From the human T2T-CHM13v2.0 reference genome, Homo sapiens, in assembly GCF_009914755.1 (NCBI RefSeq), contig NC_060948.1: a stretch of 64,000 bases of DNA; one strand, given 5' to 3'. The notes beneath the pieces were generated by a model. That model was not told where the DNA came from, searched no databases, and was given only the letters and a program-made list of their open reading frames with translations. Positions 54,467 through 64,000 of this stretch are shown here, piece by piece (position 1 is the first letter of the stretch; each line of letters begins with the position of its first letter). Position numbers and translations under genes: made by a program.

Positions 54467-56149
54467 CTGAAAACCAAAAGGGATACATAATCACTCGTAT
54501 GTAAATATGATAAAGTTATCCATACTTTCATGCAGTGTTAGCATCAAGCTGTATCCTCCTGCCTGAATTAGCGTAGGCTTTGATGTTTTCTACTTTGTGT
54601 ATTGGGACAGGAACATGACAGAATTACACTGTAGAAAACAGAAGTATAGTCTTCACGGAACAAACACTTCCAATTTCATATGTGATATTATTATTCATAT
54701 GTCTATTACTACAATAAAACAGTGTTTATATCAATGTGGATATGCCAAGTGATGAGGACAAATGTGGTCTAAAATCAGAGCAGCAACTCATACGCTTGGG
54801 AATCAATGTCAAAGCAGGTGATTAATGCTCCTGCATGTTTTTCATGTAAGACATCAGAGGGATTTATACCATTATACTACAAATATTTATCACGCTCTTA
54901 AACTTGACTGACAATTGAGCAGGTACACAATGACAATGGCACTTTAGCTGAATGTACACTTCTCAAGTGTTCTGTGGAAGTGTCCCTAATTGATCACCTT
55001 AAATATATGTTTGGTGAATCCTAGCATATAATATTCCTTATTTCTCACACCGCTGTGGTGTCATACTGTGCCTGCATTTCTTGTATCCTCTAGTTTAGCC
55101 TTCAGAAAGTTTCTTCATCCACTCATGGCAAGAAGGTATAATATATAAACCTCATCAAAAAGTATAATAAACCATCAAATTTGGCATACTGATACAAAAT
55201 AAAGTTACTAAAAACATTAGATATGAATAAGCTTTTCCATTTGGAAATTGCTCTGATATTCATTGAAAATAACCACTTTAGGAGTCAATTAATGAATTCA
55301 ACATTATTTTGTTTCTAAAATAGTCTGGTTTGAAGGATCGTGTTATTCTCTAAAGTATTTTCATTAAATTGCTATTTTATCCAAAAGTTAGTTCCTTGAA
55401 AAACAAAGCCAATGTATGCATATTCATGATTATCCTATTTGAATAGCTAATACCAACAAAACATATATCTCTGACGCCCAATAGTAACAAAGAGGGGTAA
55501 TGAGTCACTGTGGGTCATCACAATTCTAACACTCTATCCTGTTTCCAGTAGTTCCTGGAGCAGCCAAAATTTAATCTTCTTTTATGCAAATATTCCAAAT
55601 GCATCTGAAGTGAGTCCCATCAGGTTTCTGCAGCAGAAACCCCAAAATTACATAAATAACATCTTCTTTTCCCTCCTTCTTGCCTCTCAATCCTTCTTCC
55701 TTGAGTAAAATAATTACCACATCAGACGTCTCCTTAGTTCTGTTTCTACATTGTTTATGGGTTATTCCAATCACTTCTTCCATGTGGTTTTAACAATATG
55801 ATCTGACGCCTATAATTTTTATTACTTAATCTCGTTCTCCTTCCCTTTACGATGGAAACATGCTGTAGAATTAAAGCAAGAATATGCTGTCCCTTAGCCT
55901 GTTATATCTTGCACTGCTCTCCAATCGTTCTTGCCAATTTCACTGTGGGGAAGAATATAATCTTACTACTCAGATCATGGCCAAGGACCAGCAGCATCAG
56001 CGTCACCCGAGAACTTATTACAAAAGCAGGATCTCAGGCCTGCTGAATCAGAATGTGCAGATTCAATGAGCCCCCTGTGATTTATTCAGGGAAGAGAAGT
56101 TCTCTTCTACCCTAAGTGAAATGACATTAAATGTGTATTGCAAAATTAC

Positions 56150-56222
56150 CTGTCCCAGAGTTTTGTCCATCCTTTATTTCTGTGGCTATATTCGAAACAG
56201 AATCTTTCTTGTCACTTGTAGC
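56150..56222 (-). pseudogene. ANKRD36: ANKRD36-like exon, 73 nt (ATSDKKDSVSNIATEIKDGQNSGT)
   Basis: cattcag acceptor, gtaatt donor. Confidence 0.88.
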
Positions 56223-56316
56223 CTGAATGGGATTTGAAACAAAATAATCAATACATAAAGTATATTTCACAGACTATATAGTTAATAGTTCACAGCAGAA
56301 ATGAATGTGTAATTAC

Positions 56317-56345
56317 CTTCAAGGCTGCTTGTTTCTGAGAAGACA
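56317..56345 (-). pseudogene. ANKRD36: ANKRD36-like exon, 29 nt (VSSQKQAALK)
   Basis: ttttcag acceptor, gtaatt donor. Confidence 0.88.
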
Positions 56346-59300
56346 CTGAAAAGCAAAAGGGATACATAATCAGTCATATGTAAATATGATAAAATTATCC
56401 ATACATTCATGCACTGTTACCATCAAGCTGTATCCTCCTGCCTCTATTAGTTTAGGTTTTTATGTTTTATACTTTGTGTATTGGGACTGGAATATGACAG
56501 AAACACACTGAAGAAAACACCAATACAGGCTTCATGAAATATACACTTACAATTTCAAACGCGATATGATTTGTCATATGTCTAAAACTAAAATGAAACA
56601 GTGTCAGTATCAATGTGGATATGCGGAGGGATAAAAACAAATGTGGTCTAAAAACAGAGGAGCAACTCATGCACCTGGGAATCAATGTCAAAGCAGGTGG
56701 TACGTGCTCTCACATGTCTTTAGTGCAAGAGATGAGAAGTAAATACACTATTATACTACAACCATTCATCATGCTCTTTAACTTGCCCAATAACTGAGAA
56801 GGTACACAATTACGATGACGCTTCAGCTGAATGTACACTTCACATCTCCTCAGTGGAACTGTCCTAAATTGATCAGCCTGGATATATGTTTGGTGAATCC
56901 TAGTAGAGAGTATTGATTATTTCTCAGACTCATGTGGTGTAATTATTGCCCAAGTTTCTTGTGTTCTCTAGTTCAGCCTTCTGAAAGTTTTTTCATCCAC
57001 TCACGGCAATAAGGTATAATATGTAAACCTCAATAAAAAGTATCATCACTTGTCAATATTGACGTATTTCTACAAAATAAAACTGCTACAAGCATTAGAT
57101 ATTAATAAGCTTTCACATTTGGGAATGACTCCAATATTCATTGAAGATAAACATTTTATGAATCAATTAATGAATTCAACATTATTCTTGTTTCTAAAAT
57201 AGTCTGGTTTGAAGTATCATGTTATTCTCTAAGAAATTTTCATTAAATTGCTATTGCATCCAAAAGTTAGCTCCTTGGAAAACAAAGCCAATGTATGCAC
57301 ATTCATGCTTATTTCATTTGAATGACTAATATCAACAAAATCTATGTCTCTGATTCCCAATAGTAACAAAGAGAAGTAATGAGTCATTGTGGTTTATCTG
57401 AATTCTAGTAACTCTTTCCTTCTTCCAGTAGTTTCTGGAGCAGCCAAAATCAAATCATCTTTTATGCAAATATTCTAAATGCATCTGAAGTGAGTTCAGT
57501 TATACTTAGAGTCATAATTTAAAAAATTATTTTCTTTGTACTCATGAAGGCTCCTAATATTCCTACATTTCCCGTATTCAGCAGTTCAGCTCTTTTGCCA
57601 TCTTTTTCCACTTTTGCAAAAACATACATGTCAAAGAAATCATGCATAATCAGATTCCCATGTAAATAAGGTAAACAAAATCTCTAAATCACAAGACTTC
57701 TTTTCTTATTAATAACCAACCAAATATATACATATACATATGTACTATATCTATATATATATATCTATATATAGATATGTCATGATTGCCAAGAATATTG
57801 GTAGTTTTTTTTAGTACTCAAGATATACATTCTTTTACTACTTTGTTTCTAAAGCTAGTTTGAAATAATATACCATAGGGGTCTCTCAGGTATGAAATAA
57901 CTACTTCAGCAAGCACAGCTTTCCTAAAGAAAAAACTTTTTCTAGATTAAGCTGCATCCCAATATGCTAACTGACGTGAACGAAGCACATATCATTGATG
58001 TGCAAAACTTCTAGGGAGTAGAAGTGAAACCCTGGGGGTCACCCTCATCCTTCTAACTTCCGCTTTCCATTAAGTGACTCCCCACAAGTCTCCTCATCAG
58101 AAGCCTCCAAATTACCTAGCTAGCTGCTTTCTTTGTTCTGCCCAGTTTGACATACACTCTTTTTCATTCATAAAGCTAATATCCATATTGGTGGACTTCA
58201 TTCTTTGCCCTCCACTTTCATTTCTTCATTATTCTCACTACTACTGTATTCTGACATCTGTACAATCCCATTCTGACACATGTGAAGATAAGGTTTTGTT
58301 TTATTAAAATGTTAAATGTATCAGACACTTTACTAACGTGTACAAATTCCTTCTTCACAAAAGCAGCGCCATGGCCTTCTCTCTCCCATAGACACTTTCA
58401 CAACTGTTCTTCACTCACATCGGTTTGAGTATCATCTCTCATTTTGGCTCTATGCTTTCACCTCATATCATGAGTTATTATCATAGGCTCAGCAGCCTAT
58501 CTTACCTATTTTCCTCTCCAGGAGACAGTACGAGTAGTAAATTAGAATCTTCCAGGATATGAACACTTTCACGTACAAAAGACTTTGTGGAGCTATTTTA
58601 TGTTTAACTACGCATAAAACCACTATGTCTATACCTTCTAGAGAAACGGGCTCTGAAATTCTATTGAACATAACCTATTTAAAAACTTCTTTAACTACAA
58701 TGACACTGCCTCTCCTCAATGAACCAACATCTTCAGAAATAACTTGTGAAGACTTGAAAACATGTCAGTAATTGACATGAAAAATGAAGAATGATGTAAT
58801 TTTTTGCAGGTATAAATAAGTAACGCTGAGATCCTTACTAGATCCAAGAAGAGCAGAGTGCTATGAGACAGGAAATAAATGTGGAACAGAAATATTTTCA
58901 TTTGTAATGAAAATTATTCTATTTACAGTTTTCAGAAGAGAAAAAATACGCACAGATACACACACACACACACACACACACACATTCACACACAAAAACC
59001 AGAGCAATATGGCTTTACAGGGTGTTTTTTCTTCAAGGGCCTATTTGTCATTTGACATCCGGGAACACTCTGTGGGGATCAACAAAGGGGTTCTAAATTG
59101 TGACCTGAGTAGTTTAGAGTTTAACATTCATGAGGGGGAGCCAAGAGAACAAGTAACAGTTTGACCATCGGCCATTTCCTCTCCTTACTGTCATTCTCTG
59201 AAAAGCATACACTGGATTTTCTCAGGGTCATGACATGTCAAAAAGACATGCTTTAAGGGGAAACTGTTGCAATCAACACAGCCATGGGAGAGATACAGCT

Positions 59301-59889
59301 ATGCTTGCTAGGATTTCTAATACTTCTGTTTCATTTCTAATATAGTACAAATCAATAAAACCAACCACGTAAGCATATCCATGCTGGTATGTCATCATAT
59401 TTATGACCATATGGTATCAGCATGAAGAAAGCATAATTAAATATGCTGCAGTCATCACATGGCATATCATTAGATCATACAATAAATCAAATACCTCGCT
59501 GGGTCAATGTGGATAGATCTGAAATATATATCACTGATTTTGCAAAGACCAAGTTGCAGTCATTGTGTGCACTGTCTGAACTTTTCTACAAGGTTTTAAT
59601 ACACAAAATCAAGTTCTACAGGGTATCTATGAATGTGCACATATGTTGTAAGAGGTTTTTAATGTGTATTTGGGTGATTTTCTTTTTAAAAAAAAAAAAT
59701 TTAATTCAAGTTCTTGGTTAGATGTCGTCAATAAGTTTTAGTAGTACAGAAAACCCTAAGACTATAACAGCTCAGAATGACTGTCTTAAAAGGCTATGTC
59801 TACCAAAGAGTCAGGAAAGCACGACTACTTACTTTCTTCATTTTTAAAACTCAGAGGTACCCCACTCACACTCCCAAATAAAACTGCAC

Positions 59890-60925
59890 ACAAGTTCTTT
59901 AGTTTAATTAGATCCCATTTTTCAATTTTGGCTTTTGTTGCCATTGCTTTTGGTGTTTTAGTCATGAAGTATTTGCCCATGCCTATGTCCTGAATGGTAC
60001 TGCCTAGGTTTTCATCCAGGGTTTTTACACATTTAGAACTGACTTTTAAGTCTTTAATGCATCTTGAGTTAATTTTTGTATAAAGTGTAAGGAAGGGGTC
60101 CAGTTTCAGTTTCCTGCATAAGGCTAGCCAGTTTTCCCAACACCATTTATTAAATAGGGAATCCTTTCCCCATTGCTTTGTCAGGTTTGTCAAAGATCAG
60201 ATGGTGTAGATGTATGGCATTATTTATGAGGCCTCTGTTCTGTTGCATTGGTCTATATATCTCTTTTGGTACCAGTACCATACTGTTTTCATTACTGTGG
60301 CCTAGTAGTATAGTTTGAAGTCAGGTAGCATGATGCCTCTAGCTTTGTTCTTTTTGCTTAGGATTGTCTTGGCTATGTGGGCTCTTTTTTTGGTTCCATA
60401 TGAAATTTAAAGTAGTTTTTTCTAATTCTGTGAAGAAAGTCAATGGTAGCTTGATGGGTATAGCATTGAAACTACAAATTACTTTGGGCAGTATGGCCAT
60501 TTTCAAGATATTGATTCTTCCTATCCATAAGCATGGAATGTTTTTCCATTTGTTTGTGTCCTCTTATTTCCTTGAGTGGTGGTTTGTAGTTCTCCTTAAA
60601 GAGGTCCTTCAAATCCCTTGTGAGTTGTATTCCTTGTTATTTTATTCTCTTTGTAGCAATTGTGTATGGGAGTTCACTCATGATTTAGTGCTCTATAACT
60701 GGTGTATAGGAAGGCTTGTGAATTTTGCACATTGACTTTGTATCCTGAGACTATGAGGAAGTTGCTTATCAGCTGAAGGAGATTTGGGGCTGAGACTATT
60801 TGGTTTTCTAAATATACAATCATGTCATCTGCAAACAGAGACAACTCGACTTCCTTTCTTCCTATTTGAATACCGTTTATTTCTTTCTCTTGCCGATTAC
60901 CCTGGCCAGAACTTCCAATACTATG
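59890..60925 (-). mobile_element. L1PA ORF2 inverted segment, second copy of the twin-primed L1
   Basis: Minus-strand ORFs have [16 protein letters not shown] and [14 protein letters not shown]. Same endpoints as 29332-30377. Confidence 0.93.
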
Positions 60926-61386
60926 ATCAGAGTGAACAGGCAACCTACAGAATGGGAGGAAATGTTTGCAATCTGTCCATCTGACAAAGGCCTAATATCT
61001 AGAATCTACAAGGAACTTTAACAAATTTACAAGAAAAGAACAATCTCATCAAAAAGTGGGCAAAGGATATGAACAGACTCTTCTCAAAAGAATACATTTA
61101 TGCAGCCAGCAAACATCTGAAAAAAAGCTCATCATCACTGATCATTAGAGAAATGCAAATCAAAACCACAATGAGATACAATCTCACGTCATTTAGAATG
61201 GCAATTGTTAAAAGCTCAGGAAACAACAGATGCTGGAGCAGATGTGGAGAAATAGGAATGCTTTTACACTGTTGGTGGGAGTGTGAATTAGTTCAACCAT
61301 TGCGGAAGGCAGTGTGGTGATTCCTCAAGGATCTAGAAACGGAAATACCATTTGAGCCAGTAATCCCACTACTGGGCATGTACTCG
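60926..61386 (+). mobile_element. L1PA sense segment, cut off before the 3'UTR
   Basis: Starts ATCAGAGTGAACAGGCAACC. ORF 61069-61320 has [18 protein letters not shown]. Ends abruptly after CCCACTACTGGGCATGTAC. Confidence 0.92.
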
Positions 61387-61395
61387 GTGTGTGTG

Positions 61396-61428
<33 letters not shown>
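61387..61428. repeat. Compound (GT)7-AC-(AT)13 microsatellite at the L1/satellite junction
   Basis: Read directly. Confidence 0.9.
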
Positions 61429-64000
61429 GGTTCCATTGCATTCGATTCCATTACATTAGACTCCATTCCATTCAAGTTCATTCCATTCGAGTCCATTCGA
61501 TTCCAGTGAATTGCATTCGAGTCCATTACATTTGATTCCATTCCGTTCCATTCCATTATATTCGATTCCATTCCATTCCAATCCATTCCATTCGATTTCA
61601 TTCCATTCAATTGCATTCCATTAGATTGCATTCCATTCGATTGCATTCCATTCGAGTTCATTCCATTCGAGTTCCTTCCATTCGAGTTCATTCCATTCGA
61701 GTTCATTCCATTCCAGTCCAATCCATTCGAGTCCATTCCATTCCAGTCCTGTATTCGATTCCATTCCATTCCATTCCACTCGATTCCATTCCACTCGATT
61801 CCATTCCACTCGATTCCATTCCATTTGATTCTATTCCATTCCATTCCATTGCATTCAATTCTATTCCATTCCATTCGATTCCTTTCTTTTTGGGTTCATT
61901 CCATTCTAGTCCACTCCATTCCAGTCCACTCCAATCAAATCCATTTCATTCCATTCCAGAAGATTCCATTCCATTCAAGTCCATTCCAGTCGCTTCCAAT
62001 CCATTCCATTCAAGAAGATTCCATTCCATTCAAGTCCATTCCAGTCGATTCCATTCCATTCCATTGCATTCCATTCGATTGTATTCCATTCCATTCCATT
62101 AGAATAGATTCCATTCCATTCTATTCCATTCCATTCGATTCATTTCCTTTCGAGTCCATTCCATTCGAGTCCATTCCAATCAAGTCCATTTCATTCCAGT
62201 CCATTCCATTCGATTCCCTTCCATTCGATTCTATTCCATTCGATTCTATTCCATTCGATTCTATTCCATTCAATTCTATTCCATTCGATTCCATCCCGTT
62301 TGATTGCATTCCATTCGATTGCATTCCATTCGAGTCCATCCAATTGAATCCATTCCATTTGCATCCATTCAATTCGAATCCATTCCATTCGTGTCCATTC
62401 CATTCCATTCCATTCCCTTTGAGTCCATTCCATTCGATTCCATTCCATTCCAGTCCATTCCATTCGGTTCCATTCCATTCCTTTCCATTCCATTCGATTC
62501 CATTCCATTCGATTCCATTCCATTCAATTCCATTCCATTCGAGACTGTACTATTACACTCCATTCGATTCCATTCCATTCGATTACATTCCATTCGATTC
62601 CATTCCATTGCATTCCATTCCATTCCATTAGTTTCCATTCCATTCAATTCCATTCCTTTCGTTTCAAATCCCTTCCATTCAATTCCATTCCATTCAATTC
62701 CATTTCATTCGATTCCATTCCTTTCGAGTCCATTCCATTCAAGTCCATATCATTCCAATCCATTCCCTTTGAGTCCATTCCATTCCAGTCCATTCCACTA
62801 CAGTCCATTCCATCCAATTCCATTCCATTGGATTACATTCCATTCGAATGCATACCATTCGATTACATTCCATTCGAGTCCATTGAATTACACTCCATTC
62901 CATTCCATACCATTCCATTCCATTCGATTGCATTCCATTCAAGTTCATTTCATTGAATTCCATTCCATTCCGGTCGATTACATTCGAGTACAATCCACTC
63001 TATTCCATTCCATACCATTCCATTCCATTCGAGGCGATTCCTTTCAAGTCCATTGCATTGCAGTCCGTTCCATTTGATTCCATCCCATTTGATTCCATCC
63101 CATTCGAGTCCATTCCATTCAAGTCTGTTCCATTCGAGTCCGTTCCATTCGAGTCCGTACCATTCTATTCCATTGCTTTCCTTTCCTTTCCTTTCCTTTC
63201 CATTCCATTCCTTTCCATTCCATTCCATGCGAGTCCATTCCATGCGAGTCCTTTCCATTCCAGTCCATTCCATTCAATTTCGATTGCATTCCATTCCATT
63301 CTAATCCGTTCCATCCGATTGCATGCCATCCGATTGCATGCCATCCGATTTGATTCCATTCTGTTCTATTCCATTCCATTTGATTCCTCTTCCTTTCGAG
63401 TCCATTCCATTCTAGTCCATTCCATTCCAGTCCATTCCATTCGAGTCCATTCCATTCCATTCTAGTCCATTCCATTCCATTAGATTCCAGTGCATTTTAT
63501 GCCATTCCACTCGATTCCATTCCATTCCATTCCATTCCAGTCCATTCGATTCCATTCCATTCAAATCAATTCCATTCCAATCCATTCCATTCCATTCTAT
63601 TCCATTCCATTAAATTTGAATCCATTCCATTCCATTCCAGTCCATTCCTTTCAAGTCCATTCAATTCCATTCCGTTCGAATTCATTCCATTCCATTCCAT
63701 TTGATTCCATTCCATGCCATTCCATTCAATTCAATTCCATTCGATTCCATTCCATTCAAATCAATTCCATTCCAATCCATTCCATTCCATTCTATTCCAT
63801 TCCATTCCACTCTATTCCATTCCATTAAATTTGAATCCATTCCATTCCATTCCAGTCCATTCCTTTCAAGTCCATTCCATTCCATTCCGTTCGAATTCAT
63901 TCCATTCCATTCCATTTGATTCCATTCCATGTCATTCCATTCAATTCAATTCCATTCGATTCCATTCCATTCAAATCAATTCCATTCCATTCTATTCCAT
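61429..64000 (-). repeat. HSat3 satellite, (CATTC)n on + strand
   Basis: Continuous ATTCC pentamers with ATTCG variants, opposite in orientation to 1-2118. Runs off the window end. Confidence 0.95.

Larger units (their letters stand above)
52957..57500. repeat. ANKRD36 ~1.88 kb exon-intron tandem repeat (about 2.4 units)
   Basis: The 73 nt exons at 54271 and 56150 give a period of 1879. Intron motifs such as GCATCTGA(C/A)GTGAGT recur at about 53723, 55601 and 57481. Confidence 0.88.

Noticed and set aside
61293-63930. Long overlapping ORFs up to 268 aa
   Set aside because: Same satellite artefact, open in many frames at once.

Overview
Primate (most likely human) heterochromatic DNA with no intact protein-coding gene. 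Four blocks: (1) 1-2118, (GGAAT)n HSat3 resembling DYZ1; (2) 2119-25788, ten ~2.39 kb HSat1B/DYZ2-type units, each made of AT-rich DNA, an antisense Alu remnant and a unique spacer; (3) 25789-61386, a ~35.6 kb island that is an unprocessed, minus-strand ANKRD36-family pseudogene fragment; (4) 61429-64000, (CATTC)n HSat3 in the opposite orientation to block 1. In block 3 I read 18 small exons (937 nt) that the ORF track largely misses. They carry two nonsense codons, one frameshift and two altered donors. The island also contains nested intragenic duplications, a twin-primed L1 in two copies, and several Alus. I found no evidence of a new functional system; the interest is structural and evolutionary. 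Family identifications rest on recalled sequences, not searches, and the chromosome cannot be fixed from sequence alone (acrocentric short arm or Yq are the candidates).
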